Part shown: piece by piece, positions 1 to 10,066 of the stretch
Position numbering within the stretch: position 1 is the stretch's first letter
Layout of the letters: each line of letters starts with the position of its first letter
From: an uncultured Alphaproteobacteria bacterium
Lineage (GTDB): Bacteria > Pseudomonadota > Alphaproteobacteria > RF32 > CAG-239
Assembly (NCBI GenBank): GCA_944391615.1
Contig: CALXUE010000006.1
Coordinates: 17,665 to 81,664 of the forward strand
DNA length: 64,000 nucleotides
Direction of reading: 5' to 3'
The notes under the pieces: model-generated
Database searches by the model: none
What the model saw: only the letters and a program-made list of their open reading frames with translations
What the model was told of the DNA's origin: nothing
Made by a program: the position numbers and the translations under genes

Positions 1-673
1 AGTCGGCATTACAGGAATAGTTTTGACCCGTATAGACGGTTCTGCAAGAGCCGGAGCCGCACTTTCCATGCGGATGATATCCAAAGCACCGATAAAGTTT
101 TTGGGTACGGGCGAAAAAATTGATGAGATTGAAGAATTTCACCCCGACAGATTAGCCGGACGTATTTTGGGTCAAGGCGATGTTGTTTCGCTGGTTGAAA
201 AAACGATGGAAAAAATCGACCATGCCGAAGCTGAGAAGATGACCAACAAAATGCTCAAAGGTAAGTTTGACTTGGAAGATATGTTGTCCCAATTCCGCCA
301 AATGCAAAAATTAGGCAGCTTGGGTTCAATTATCGGGATGATTCCAGGGCTTTCCAAGTTCAAGAGCCAGATAGAGGCGGCGGGCGTCGGTGATAATCTT
401 GTCAAAAAGCAAGAGGCAATAATCTTGTCGATGACCAAACAAGAACGCCGCAATCCGGATTTAATCAAAGCCTCGCGCAAAAAGCGCATAGCGGCCGGAG
501 CTGGTGTAGAAGTTTCAGACGTGAACAAATTGCTCAAATCATATGAGCAAATGTCCACAATGATGAAAAAAATGGGCAAACTTGGCGGAATGAAAGCCAT
601 GGCGGCCCAAATGATGAGAAAAAATCCAATGGGAGGACTTCCCTTTGGAGGACAAAACAGATTTCCGTTTTAA
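1..673 (+). CDS. ffh: Signal recognition particle protein Ffh, C-terminal part (5' end lies outside the window)
   Basis: The ORF is open from the window edge. The translation contains the G-domain end (DVVSLVEKT) and the Met-rich M-domain ([16 protein letters not shown]); the conserved ffh-rpsP-rimM-trmD-rplS synteny follows. Confidence 0.85.
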   Translation, partial: VGITGIVLTRIDGSARAGAALSMRMISKAPIKFLGTGEKIDEIEEFHPDRLAGRILGQGDVVSLVEKTMEKIDHAEAEKMTNKMLKGKFDLEDMLSQFRQMQKLGSLGSIIGMIPGLSKFKSQIEAAGVGDNLVKKQEAIILSMTKQERRNPDLIKASRKKRIAAGAGVEVSDVNKLLKSYEQMSTMMKKMGKLGGMKAMAAQMMRKNPMGGLPFGGQNRFPF

Positions 674-725
674 GCCATAAAACGAAAATCACAAACCATA
701 ATTTAACTTTAGAAAGGAAAATAAA

Positions 726-1118
726 ATGGCAGTTCGTATCAGACTTTCACGTGGCGGTTCAAAAAAACGTCCGTTCTATCGTATTGTAGCGGCAGACCAA
801 AGAGCTCCTCGTGATGGTAGATTCATTGAAAAATTAGGCACATACAATCCGTTGTTGCCCAAAGACCATGAACAAAGATTGGTCGTTGATGCAGAAAAAG
901 TCAAATCATGGATTTCAAAAGGTGCTCAACCGACCGAAAGATTGCAAAAATTGTTTGCAAACATGGGCTTGTGCGCTGCACCGGTAATTCGCAATCAGCC
1001 TAAAAAATCAGCTCCGAAAGCCAAGGCTGTTGAGAGAATGAAAGCTAAAGAAGAAGCTGCAAAAGCAGCAGCTGAAGCTACCGCTGCTGCAAGTGAAGAA
1101 AATTCTTCAGCAGAATAA
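726..1118 (+). CDS. rpsP: 30S ribosomal protein S16 with an Ala/Lys-rich C-terminal extension
   Basis: The N-terminus [24 protein letters not shown] is the canonical S16 signature. An RBS-like aaagg lies upstream and the synteny fits. Confidence 0.9.
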   Translation: MAVRIRLSRGGSKKRPFYRIVAADQRAPRDGRFIEKLGTYNPLLPKDHEQRLVVDAEKVKSWISKGAQPTERLQKLFANMGLCAAPVIRNQPKKSAPKAKAVERMKAKEEAAKAAAEATAAASEENSSAE

Positions 1119-1145
1119 TAAAAACAAGAGATATGAGTTATTTTT

Positions 1146-1718
1146 GTGGATAAAACTGAACGGAAAACTTTAATGACAAAAGAAAAGCGTTTTTGTTTGG
1201 GCAAAATAGTCGGTGTACACGGCATCAAAGGCGAGGTCAAAGTAGCAAGCTTTACCGAGCCGGATACCAATATCGACAAATACGGTATAGTTGAAGATCA
1301 AACGGGAACCAAGCATTTTGAAATTAAAGTGACCGGACATTCAAAAGAGCTTTTGCGTATCAAGATAAAAGGCATTGACGACCGCACATCGGCGGAGGCT
1401 TTGAAGGGAACGGAATTTTACGTTTCAAGAGAGGTGATGCCCAAGCTGTCTGAAGATAGTTTTTATCTCGAAGATTTAGTCGGAATGAAAGTTATTTTGG
1501 CTGAAAACAAGGCAGAAGTTGGCAAGGTATGCGGTGTTTATAACTTTGGCGCGGGCGATATTTTGGAAATCAAAATAAGCGAGGGCGGCCAAAGAGAGAT
1601 GATACCTTTTACCAAGGCCTATGTACCGGAAGTTAATGTTGACGAAGGTTATATTATTGTAGAGTCAGTTCTGATGAACTATATTGACGACGACGAAAGT
1701 TTAAGTGATGAAGGTTAA
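1146..1718 (+). CDS. rimM: Ribosome maturation factor RimM (start may instead be the ATG at 1173)
   Basis: GKIVGVHGIKGEVKV is the RimM N-terminal motif. The ORF-track start is a GTG; the first ATG is at 1173. The position between rpsP and trmD fits. Confidence 0.8.
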   Translation: MDKTERKTLMTKEKRFCLGKIVGVHGIKGEVKVASFTEPDTNIDKYGIVEDQTGTKHFEIKVTGHSKELLRIKIKGIDDRTSAEALKGTEFYVSREVMPKLSEDSFYLEDLVGMKVILAENKAEVGKVCGVYNFGAGDILEIKISEGGQREMIPFTKAYVPEVNVDEGYIIVESVLMNYIDDDESLSDEG

Positions 1719-2400
1719 GGTATTCACCATATTTCCGGATATTTTCCCTGGATTTTTAGGATATTCATTAACCGGCAAAGCCTTAAAAGAAGGGTTGTGG
1801 TCAATAGAAACAGTAAACATAAGGGACTATGCGTTTGACAAGCATGGCTCGGTTGATGACACACCCTGCGGAGGCGGAGCAGGTATGATAATGAGGCCGG
1901 ATGTATTAGGCGCAGCCTTAGAGGCCAACACCCAAAAAGGCGAGAGGATTATCTGTATGAGCCCGCGCGGAGAGCCATTAACCCAGCGCAAAGTAAGAGA
2001 GCTTAGCCAAGCGGAAAGTTTGAACATAGTCTGCGGCCGATTTGAGGGCATAGATGAGCGAGTATTAGAGGCTTATCATATAGAAGAGATAAGCATCGGC
2101 GACTATATCTTGACCGGAGGAGAACAGGCGGCATTAGTTATGTTAGATGCGGTGATCAGAGTATTGCCTCACGTGTTGGGCAATGAGGAATCATTATCGG
2201 ACGAGAGTTTCGAGAACATATTATTAGAGCATCCGCAATACACAAGACCGGTAGAATGGTGCGGCCGAAAGGTGCCTGAAGTTTTGTTAAGCGGCCATCA
2301 TCAGAAAATAGACGAGTGGCGTCATCAAGAAGCCATAAAAATAACGCAATCAAGACGGCCTGACCTTTATCAAAAATATCTTGATTTGAAAAAGGAATAG
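1705..2400 (+). CDS. trmD: tRNA (guanine37-N1)-methyltransferase TrmD
   Basis: The SPOUT-family TrmD sequence (FTIFPDIFPGFL...GGGAGMIMRPDV) overlaps rimM by 14 nt and sits upstream of rplS. Confidence 0.9.
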   Translation: MMKVKVFTIFPDIFPGFLGYSLTGKALKEGLWSIETVNIRDYAFDKHGSVDDTPCGGGAGMIMRPDVLGAALEANTQKGERIICMSPRGEPLTQRKVRELSQAESLNIVCGRFEGIDERVLEAYHIEEISIGDYILTGGEQAALVMLDAVIRVLPHVLGNEESLSDESFENILLEHPQYTRPVEWCGRKVPEVLLSGHHQKIDEWRHQEAIKITQSRRPDLYQKYLDLKKE

Positions 2401-2440
2401 GTATATAAACAAAACCAAATAAAAACAAGGGAACAAAGAG

Positions 2441-2839
2441 ATGAACATTATAGAAAATTTAGAAAAAGAGCAAATCTCAAAGCTCACCGAAGGCAAAAAC
2501 ATCCCTAACTTTAAGCCGGGTGATACATTGAGAGTCCATGCAAAAGTAAAAGAAGGCGACCGTGAACGTATTCAGGTTTATGAAGGTGTTTGCATCGCCC
2601 GTAAGAATGACGGATTAAATTCTTCCTTCACAGTTAGAAAGATTTCTTTCGGTGAGGGTGTAGAAAGAGTATTTCCGCTGTATTCGCCAAATGTTGCCAA
2701 GATAGAAGTTGCTCGTATAGGTAAAGTACGTCGTGCAAAATTGTACTTCTTGCGCGCATTGCGTGGCCGTTCTGCTCGTATTGCTGATGATTTGTCTGCA
2801 GCAGCAAAAGCCAAAGACGACAACAAGTCAGCAGAATAA
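2441..2839 (+). CDS. rplS: 50S ribosomal protein L19
   Basis: The [11 protein letters not shown]...[26 protein letters not shown] pattern is typical of L19. It is the last gene of the trmD operon. Confidence 0.9.
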   Translation: MNIIENLEKEQISKLTEGKNIPNFKPGDTLRVHAKVKEGDRERIQVYEGVCIARKNDGLNSSFTVRKISFGEGVERVFPLYSPNVAKIEVARIGKVRRAKLYFLRALRGRSARIADDLSAAAKAKDDNKSAE

Positions 2840-2863
2840 TAGGGCTTTAACAGTCAACATCAA

Positions 2864-2896
2864 ACACCATCGACCAAAGCCGATGGTGTTTTTTTG
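2864..2896 (+). terminator. Rho-independent terminator of the rpsP-rplS operon
   Basis: A hairpin ACACCATCG-loop-CGATGGTGT is followed by TTTTTTT. Confidence 0.7.
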
Positions 2897-3007
2897 CGCC
2901 TAAAAATATGGTTGTGAAGGAAGTTGTTGCTTTTAATAAAAAAAAGTTACGCTTTTAAAAATAAATGTGTTATATAAAAAGCAAAGATTTTATAGAAAGG
3001 ATTCACA

Positions 3008-4024
3008 ATGACCAAATATGCAATAGTCGGCGCGGAAGAAAGCGTCGGTCACGAGATTTTGAGCTTTATGGAAGAAGACGGTATTAAGGCGAGCAATGTT
3101 TTTGCTGTAGATGTTAATGCCCCGTTAGGAACGCAAGTCTCATACGGAGAAGATGCCGAGCTTGATGTCCATAACCTCGAGACATTTGATTTTTCTCAAG
3201 TAAATGCCGCAGTTTTCGCCACCACGGCGGAAGTTGCCAAACGCTTTATTCCCAAGGCGGTAAAAGCCAGCGTTAAGGTGGTTGATGCCACGGGCGCTAC
3301 ATTTGAGGATTCGGATGTTCCGATGATTATATCTGGCGTGAATGAAGCCGAAATTAAAAAAGCATCAAAAGGCTTGGTATCCATTCCATCGGCAGCGGTT
3401 ACACAAATGCTAATCCCGCTCAAAGCCGTGCATGATAAATACAAAATCAAAAGATTAGTGGTAAATTGCTATGTTTCCACCTCAATTTATGGCAAAGAGG
3501 CGATGGACGAGCTTTTTGACCAAACGCGTAAAATATTTATGAACGAGAGTTTGGTTGATAATCAAAAAGTTTTTAACAAACAAATTGCGTTTAACATCAT
3601 TCCGCAAGCCGGAGAATTTATCGGCGATGAAACTTCTTTTGAATGGGCGATGAATGCCGAAACCAAAAAAGTTTTGGGACCAAACATCAGAGTACACGCC
3701 AATTTTGCAGTTATACCGGCTTTTATCGGAACCGCGCAATATGTTAATGTTGAGTGTGCGGAAGAAATTGACGCTGATGAAGCGCGTAAATTGATGAAGT
3801 CCACCAAAGGGGTAGTCGTATTTGATAAAAAAGTAGACGGTGGATATGTTTCTTTGGTCGACGTGCAAGGTGAAGATGATATTTACGTTAGCCGCGTCAG
3901 ACAAGACGTTTCGGTTGACAATGGCATAAGCTTTTGGTGTGTTGCCGATAACTTGCATGTCGGAATGGCTAAAAATGCCTATGCAGTCATGCATGACTTG
4001 CTAAAATCAGCTGAAGAAAAATAA
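3008..4024 (+). CDS. Aspartate-semialdehyde dehydrogenase family protein, probably non-catalytic (active-site Cys position is Ala)
   Basis: The sequence is collinear with the roughly 340-aa Asd (asd2 type) as recalled: IAFNIIPQ matches IAFNAIPQ and the C-terminal block VSRVRQD...FWCVADNLHVGMAKNAYAV is shared. The NPNCST active-site motif reads IPSAAVT and the Gly-rich NAD(P) loop is degenerate (GAEESVG). Confidence 0.6.
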   Translation: MTKYAIVGAEESVGHEILSFMEEDGIKASNVFAVDVNAPLGTQVSYGEDAELDVHNLETFDFSQVNAAVFATTAEVAKRFIPKAVKASVKVVDATGATFEDSDVPMIISGVNEAEIKKASKGLVSIPSAAVTQMLIPLKAVHDKYKIKRLVVNCYVSTSIYGKEAMDELFDQTRKIFMNESLVDNQKVFNKQIAFNIIPQAGEFIGDETSFEWAMNAETKKVLGPNIRVHANFAVIPAFIGTAQYVNVECAEEIDADEARKLMKSTKGVVVFDKKVDGGYVSLVDVQGEDDIYVSRVRQDVSVDNGISFWCVADNLHVGMAKNAYAVMHDLLKSAEEK

Positions 4025-4057
4025 CCAACGTTCAAACTAGAGTTAAGGGGACGCAAA

Positions 4058-6523
4058 ATGAAAAAAATATTATTAAGCCTAATGGGATTGTTGCTTGTAT
4101 TGAGCCTAAATTTCTCAACACAAACGGCCTGCGCCCAAACAACGGCCGCAGAAGAAATTTTGAATTTTGCGCCCCTTGATTACAAAGAAATCAACAAACA
4201 GCTGAGTGAGATTGAAACAAAGCTGAAAAAGAACAAAACCTCGCCGGACGGGTTGGAAGAATATGTTCATGACCTTTCGCAGATGTCATCACAAATCTTA
4301 AATGACAAAAAAGAAGAAGAAAAAGAACTTCAGTTTGCGGAAAAAAGGCTTGAAGCTTTGGGAGAGGCTCCGCAAGATGGCAAAGAATTACAAGTCATAG
4401 CCGACAAGAGAAAACAGTTTACCAAAGAAGTAAATGAGTACAAAGCCCGAGTGTCAGAGGCAGATATTGCTTTGGCCAAAATAGATGAGCTTGACACGCT
4501 TATTTTGGAAATCCGCAACAATGCCTTGCTATCACATTTGTTAGACAAGCAAGCCCCGCTAATTTATCCGCAAAACTTTTTTAACAGCAACAAAATGTTT
4601 GTTGAATTGCTGATAGATATCATCACGTCGCCGGTTGATTGGTATAAAGAGCTCGGAGCCGAAAAGCAAAAAATCGTTAAGCAAAACGCACTTCCCGTAA
4701 CGGGAATTATCATTTTGGTTGCTCTGGTTGCCTTGTATTTAAGGGTATTTATTTTGCGGCATTTGGGCTATCACTACAACGGCAAAGAACCTGTGATACC
4801 ATATAGTCGCAAAGTATCGGCAGCATTTTTTGTTTCCATGGCATATGGCATCATTCCGGCCGCATTAATAGCGGCAGCTTTGGTTTGGATATATACTTCC
4901 AAATTTTTAACCATAGGATTTTTTGGCGTTGCCCTAAACTCATTTTTATACTTTTTATTTTACATAGTTTTGGGTCGAGCCCTTACGCGCGTAACATTTA
5001 CGCCGTATCATGAAGAATGGCGCCTGTTCAACATCTCAACCGACAAAGCCAAAAGGCTGACATCACGTTTTTACTTTTTCATAACACTGATATGTATCTG
5101 CAGTTATTTGAGTCACGTAGCGCTTAAATCAGAATATGGTATGGACCTGGTTTACTATATCAATGCGATATCTAATGCGGTAAAAGGGTTAAGTATTATT
5201 TTGATTGTAAAAGCGGCCTTCTGGGATGATAGCACATCGCCGGAAACACCGGATTCTTCGGAAGACGATGATGACGCCGCCTTAAAGCCGGAACAAAAAA
5301 TAACCCTACTGACAAGTGTAACATCCATAGCAGTATTTGCCTTGTCATTGTTTGGCTACCAAAAGTTGTCATCTTTTATCTTCAACAATGTCTTAATTTC
5401 CTGCATAATAATAGGCGCAATATTTATTGTTCACAAAGCAGTCATAGAGTTTCTGCACCATATTTTACTGATGCAGTTTTGGGTGAGAAATTTAAAATTA
5501 CGCCGCAAACTGATAGATAAAATTAATTTCTGGTTGACCTTGTGCGTTAATCCGATATTTATTTTGGTCGGCATATTTGCCTTATTGTCATTATGGGGCG
5601 TATCAACAGATTTGTTGTTGCAAAGTTTCAAAAAACTAATGTTTGGCTTTAAGGTAGGTGATGTAGAAATATCAGTTGTAGCCATAATCTTTAGTATTGC
5701 GGTGTTTTTTGGAGCCTTAACCATCGGAAAAATAATCAGAAACCGCATTGTAGAAAATGTACTGAGCCATATGGAAATGGATGAAGGCATAAAACACTCG
5801 TTAGCCTCAGGCATAAGTTTTGTAAATTTTGTAATAGCAGCGATTTTGGCGGTACTGATGATGGGCGGAAGTTTAGGAAATTTAGCCTTAATCGCCAGTG
5901 CACTTTCCGTAGGTATCGGTTTAGGTTTGCAAAATATCGTTAACAACTTTGTATCCGGCATAATTTTGTTGTTTGAACGCCCGATAAAGGTTGGAGATTG
6001 GGTCAAAATAGACGGAGAAGAAGGAAAGGTCAAGCAGATTAACATCCGCGCAACAGAGGTCGAAACATTTAATAAAATCAGCGTAATTGTGCCAAACGCA
6101 ACATTATTGTCAACCTCTTTACGCAACATGACACACGGCAACAACTGGCTGCGCTACCCGATAAAAGTCGGTGTGGCCTATGGCTCGGATGTCGATAAGG
6201 TCAAAGAAATTTTGTTGGAATGTGCCCTCGCGCAAAAAACAGTTTTAAGAGATCCGGCACCATATGTCTTGTTTCAAGACTTTGGTTCAAGTTCATTGGA
6301 CTTTGAGTTAAGAATATATGTGAAAAATATATGGGAAGGTTGGCGTGCTCCGAGTGAAATACGCTATGCGATAAACAAACGCTTTATAGAAGAAGGAATA
6401 GAAATTCCGTTCCCGCAGGTTGTCGTTCACCATGGTAGTGAAGTTTCAGCCGAAACCGAAACACAGTTCTATGCCGCCAAAAAGAAAGCAGCTTCGCCAA
6501 CAGCAAAAGAGAGTAATAAATAA
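4058..6523 (+). CDS. Mechanosensitive channel, MscK/KefA-like (large MscS family)
   Basis: It has a signal peptide, an N-terminal coiled-coil periplasmic region, multiple transmembrane segments and a C-terminal MscS core (GIGLGLQNIVNNFVSGIILLFERPIKVGDWVKIDGEEGKV). Confidence 0.8.
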   Translation: MKKILLSLMGLLLVLSLNFSTQTACAQTTAAEEILNFAPLDYKEINKQLSEIETKLKKNKTSPDGLEEYVHDLSQMSSQILNDKKEEEKELQFAEKRLEALGEAPQDGKELQVIADKRKQFTKEVNEYKARVSEADIALAKIDELDTLILEIRNNALLSHLLDKQAPLIYPQNFFNSNKMFVELLIDIITSPVDWYKELGAEKQKIVKQNALPVTGIIILVALVALYLRVFILRHLGYHYNGKEPVIPYSRKVSAAFFVSMAYGIIPAALIAAALVWIYTSKFLTIGFFGVALNSFLYFLFYIVLGRALTRVTFTPYHEEWRLFNISTDKAKRLTSRFYFFITLICICSYLSHVALKSEYGMDLVYYINAISNAVKGLSIILIVKAAFWDDSTSPETPDSSEDDDDAALKPEQKITLLTSVTSIAVFALSLFGYQKLSSFIFNNVLISCIIIGAIFIVHKAVIEFLHHILLMQFWVRNLKLRRKLIDKINFWLTLCVNPIFILVGIFALLSLWGVSTDLLLQSFKKLMFGFKVGDVEISVVAIIFSIAVFFGALTIGKIIRNRIVENVLSHMEMDEGIKHSLASGISFVNFVIAAILAVLMMGGSLGNLALIASALSVGIGLGLQNIVNNFVSGIILLFERPIKVGDWVKIDGEEGKVKQINIRATEVETFNKISVIVPNATLLSTSLRNMTHGNNWLRYPIKVGVAYGSDVDKVKEILLECALAQKTVLRDPAPYVLFQDFGSSSLDFELRIYVKNIWEGWRAPSEIRYAINKRFIEEGIEIPFPQVVVHHGSEVSAETETQFYAAKKKAASPTAKESNK

Positions 6524-7884
6524 TGTTGATAGAAGACTTAAAAAACAAAGCCATAATGTTGTGGGGCTTTGGTTCAGAAGGACAAGATGTTTTGCGCTTT
6601 CTGAAAAAACGCGGGCTTGATAATAAAGTTTGCATTTATAATGATAAAGAAACCAATGTTCCGGAAGAGTTTAAGTCCTATCCTGCATATAGCGGAGATG
6701 CTTTGGAGAATCTGCTGACAAACACAGATGTGATTATCAAATCCCCTGGGGTGAGCAAATATAAGGACGAGATAATATCAGCCCAAAAGCAGGGGGTAAA
6801 AGTTACCTCATCAACAGATTTGGTATTGTCTGAGATAAGACATAAATACCTCAAGCGCAAAATCATCGCCGTGAGCGGCTCGAAGGGCAAAAGCACCAGC
6901 GTGAGCGCCTTGTACCACATAATGACCAAACAAGGCTATAAAGTTGCTTTAGGAGGCAACATCGGCCGCCCGTTGATTGACTTGATAGATGATGAGTTTG
7001 ACTATTTGATAGCGGAGATTTCCAGTTATCAGGCATCAGACTTGTCGGTTTCTCCACATATTGCCATGTTTACCAATTTGTATTATGTGCATAGTGTCTG
7101 GCATTTGAGCCATGAGAATTATTGCCGAGACAAGCTGCACTTAATTGCCCATCAAGAGCAAGGAGATGTCAGCTTTGTCAATGCGCGCAATCCTGAGTTG
7201 ATGAAGTATGCGGCAGAAATAAAAAGCAAAGACATAAGATATTATGACACGTTGGGCGGCTTCCATGCAGAAGGCAAAAAGCTCTATAACAAAGAGGAAG
7301 AAGTTTTGGATATTAATAATCTCAAACTTTGCGGCGACCATAACTTAGATAATTTAGCCGGTGTATTTTCAATATTGGCCTATATCGGGGCTGATATCAA
7401 GCAGGCAGCCCAAGATATGGAGAGTTTTGAGCCGTTGGCCCACCGCTTGCAAAATGTGGCAACCAAAAATGGCGTGACATTCATCAATGATAGTATTTCA
7501 ACGGCACCGGAAGCAGCCTTAGGTGCAATGAAGAGCTTTGATGATAATATGGTTGTGATTTCAGGCGGAGAGGAAAACACACAAGATTATACGGAATATG
7601 CCCAATATGTAGAGAACAACCCCAAGGTTAAAATGGTGATAACCTTGTACCAGTGCGGCCCTAAAATCGCCGCCAAGATAAGGGAGATTGTGAATAGAAA
7701 AGACTTTTCTTTAGTAGAGGCAGAGAGCTTGGAAGAGGCGGTAAATATGGCTTATTATTGTTTGGCCAGATTGGGAGGGGGCAAAGTTTTGTTTTCGCCG
7801 ACATCACCGTCTTTCGGATTTTATAAAAACTTTATGGAAAGAGGTCAGCATTTTATTGACATTGTAGGTAAACTTGATGTATAA
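6523..7884 (+). CDS. murD: Mur ligase family protein, most similar to UDP-N-acetylmuramoylalanine--D-glutamate ligase MurD
   Basis: The N-terminal Rossmann-like motif (LWGFGSEGQDVLRFLKKRG) and the ATP-binding P-loop (AVSGSKGKSTS) are typical of MurD. The start overlaps the mscK-like stop (TAATG). Confidence 0.6.
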   Translation: MLIEDLKNKAIMLWGFGSEGQDVLRFLKKRGLDNKVCIYNDKETNVPEEFKSYPAYSGDALENLLTNTDVIIKSPGVSKYKDEIISAQKQGVKVTSSTDLVLSEIRHKYLKRKIIAVSGSKGKSTSVSALYHIMTKQGYKVALGGNIGRPLIDLIDDEFDYLIAEISSYQASDLSVSPHIAMFTNLYYVHSVWHLSHENYCRDKLHLIAHQEQGDVSFVNARNPELMKYAAEIKSKDIRYYDTLGGFHAEGKKLYNKEEEVLDINNLKLCGDHNLDNLAGVFSILAYIGADIKQAAQDMESFEPLAHRLQNVATKNGVTFINDSISTAPEAALGAMKSFDDNMVVISGGEENTQDYTEYAQYVENNPKVKMVITLYQCGPKIAAKIREIVNRKDFSLVEAESLEEAVNMAYYCLARLGGGKVLFSPTSPSFGFYKNFMERGQHFIDIVGKLDV

Positions 7885-7909
7885 GAGTCGCATTGACGGA
7901 TAAAACAAA

Positions 7910-7985
<76 letters not shown>

Positions 7986-8051
7986 TTTTTTCGTTGAGAG
8001 AGATAATAAGGGGAGCAAGAGTTTAGCTCCTTTTTTTGTAGAAGAAAAAAG

Positions 8052-8639
8052 ATGACAACAACTGTAAACGAGCAATATAAACTTTTGGGACGCAAGGTAG
8101 AGGATAAAAGGCAAAGTGAAGATTTTTATCCGACGCCGAGCTATGTGACCGAGGCATTGCTGGAATATCATCATTTTAGAGGCAAGATATGGGAACCGGC
8201 CTGTGGAGACGGCCGTATGGCAGAGGTTTTGAAAAAGAGCTATCAAGATGTTGAATGTTCGGATTTAATGGATAGGGGCTATGGCCAGTCAGGGGTAGAT
8301 TTTTTAAAATCAAACAAGCGCGTGGCCAATATAGTGACCAATCCACCATTTCAACTGGCATATGAATTTATAGAACAAGGCCTGAAATTGGCGGATGATT
8401 GCTTGGCTTTGTTACTCCCTATCAGATATTTGACGGGCAAGAAAAGGGCAAAATTATATGCCAAATTTCCGCCAGCCAAAATTATCGTGATACCGAACAA
8501 GGTCGATTTTTTGGGCTTTGGCTCACCGGCCATGGAGTTTGCATGGTTTGTGTGGAAAAGAGGCATCAAACAAACTACAATCGTCTGGGCAGACACCCAT
8601 GATGCAGATGTTAAACGAAAGAGAAAAAAAAAGGCATAA
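8052..8639 (+). CDS. Small phage-type DNA N6-adenine methyltransferase-like protein
   Basis: The 195-aa protein has a motif-I-like EPACGDG and a motif-IV TNPPF (the D/N-PP-F/Y of amino-methyltransferases). It is orphan, with no restriction-endonuclease partner, and lies 66 bp downstream of tRNA-Thr. Confidence 0.5.
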   Translation: MTTTVNEQYKLLGRKVEDKRQSEDFYPTPSYVTEALLEYHHFRGKIWEPACGDGRMAEVLKKSYQDVECSDLMDRGYGQSGVDFLKSNKRVANIVTNPPFQLAYEFIEQGLKLADDCLALLLPIRYLTGKKRAKLYAKFPPAKIIVIPNKVDFLGFGSPAMEFAWFVWKRGIKQTTIVWADTHDADVKRKRKKKA

Positions 8640-8691
8640 AGAAAAAGCCTTAAACAAGATAAAACAAATAAGATTCTTTTATAAAAAATTT

Positions 8692-10008
8692 TTAATGTTT
8701 TTTAGAAGCCAAAGCGTCTTTAGCTTTGTCCAGCAAAGAGTCGTTCTGCGTAATATTTTGATAAAGAGGCGTCGGCGAGGTTGGCTGAGGCGGTGTTGGC
8801 GTTATTTCAATGTATTGAATATCGCGGCAGGCAATATGCTTGAAGGCATAAAGAACAAATAACCCAGCAGCAGAAGAAAAAGATAACAAAAACCAAATAT
8901 TTCCCAAATGCTGCATGGCAAACGAAATCACAATCGGCCCGAGCACCATACCGAAACTTTGCAACATAATGAGCAAACCGCTGGCTCTGACACGTGTGTT
9001 GTCATCCACCAAATCATTCACGTGAGATACGCTGATAGGATACATAATAAAAGTGCATGCACCGAGCGCAAAAGCAGATATGCAAAGAATGACATTATTA
9101 TATCCAAGGAAAAAATGCACCCATGGCGCCACCAAAAACATAGCCCCAGCAGCCCACATCAACACAAAACGCCTATCCATAATATCGGATATTTTTCCAA
9201 CCGGAATTTGGGCGCACATGCCACCCAAAATTCCCCAAAACATAAACAAAGAAGTCTGCGTCAAGGACAACCCCGCAAGCTTGGCATAAAGAGCGCCGAG
9301 GGTATAAAATCCACCGACAAAAATACCGCTGCAAAAACACCCCACAACCCCGACCGGAGAAATTTTATAAAGTTCGCGAAAACTCAAACTCTTAGCTACG
9401 CTAATCTGTGGAGCAGGAAGAGCCGTCAAAGAAATCGGCACCAGCGCCACCGAAAAAATAATGGATACCAGCACAAAAATACCCATTCCATTCGCACTAG
9501 GAATATTGAGCAAAAGTTGCCCCAATCCGGAGCCAAGATAAGTCGTCACCATATATAAGGCCATAATGAGTCCGCGGTTTTGATTGTTGGCACGTGTGTT
9601 AAGCCAACTTTCCAAACACAAAAGAGCCGAGCCGAGGCAATAACCTTCAGCAAAGCGTAAAAATCCCCAAAACCAAGGATTATGAGAAAAAATATGGAGC
9701 AAAACCAAAGCAGAAAAAAGAGAAATATAAGTAGAAAATGCACGGATATGCCCGACTTTGTTAATGATTTTAAAAGAGGTCAAAGAGGCAAAAATATACC
9801 CGACATAATACATAGCCAAAATAATTCCGACCACGGAAGTTGAAATTCCAAATTTATTCATAAGCAAGGAGAGTTCAGAAGTCAGCAAAGCAAAGGCCAC
9901 ACAAGTCAAGAGCGTCCCGCAAAAAAATGCCGACAACGGAGATATAATTGTCTCAAAGGGTTTTATAAAAGTCATAAATTTGTTCATCATAAAAAGAATA
10001 TAAAACAC
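8692..10008 (-). CDS. MFS transporter
   Basis: The protein has 12 predicted transmembrane segments. The ORF-track start is a GTG; ATG ATG at 9985-9990 is a likelier start. Confidence 0.7.
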   Translation of the reverse strand: MFYILFMMNKFMTFIKPFETIISPLSAFFCGTLLTCVAFALLTSELSLLMNKFGISTSVVGIILAMYYVGYIFASLTSFKIINKVGHIRAFSTYISLFSALVLLHIFSHNPWFWGFLRFAEGYCLGSALLCLESWLNTRANNQNRGLIMALYMVTTYLGSGLGQLLLNIPSANGMGIFVLVSIIFSVALVPISLTALPAPQISVAKSLSFRELYKISPVGVVGCFCSGIFVGGFYTLGALYAKLAGLSLTQTSLFMFWGILGGMCAQIPVGKISDIMDRRFVLMWAAGAMFLVAPWVHFFLGYNNVILCISAFALGACTFIMYPISVSHVNDLVDDNTRVRASGLLIMLQSFGMVLGPIVISFAMQHLGNIWFLLSFSSAAGLFVLYAFKHIACRDIQYIEITPTPPQPTSPTPLYQNITQNDSLLDKAKDALASKKH

Positions 10009-10030
10009 AAAGTCTTAAAAAACACATAAA

Positions 10031-10062
10031 AAAAGGTTGTTTAACAAGAAACAACCTTAATT
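10031..10062 (-). terminator. Hairpin terminator downstream of the minus-strand gene 10067-10492
   Basis: On the minus strand, AAGGTTGTTTcttgttAAACAACCTT is followed by a T-run. Confidence 0.5.
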
Positions 10063-10066
10063 TTTT

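Noticed and set aside
5431-6144. 237-aa ORF antisense to the MscK-like gene, plus other antisense ORFs listed in the track (for example 3482-3994, 18988-19350)
   Set aside because: They lie inside well-supported genes on the opposite strand with no independent signals.
8399-9558. ORFs 8399-8602, 8518-8862, 8908-9558 and 9053-9289
   Set aside because: They overlap the methyltransferase gene in other frames, or run antisense to the MFS transporter gene. They have no RBS and are compositionally odd (His/Arg/Lys-rich).
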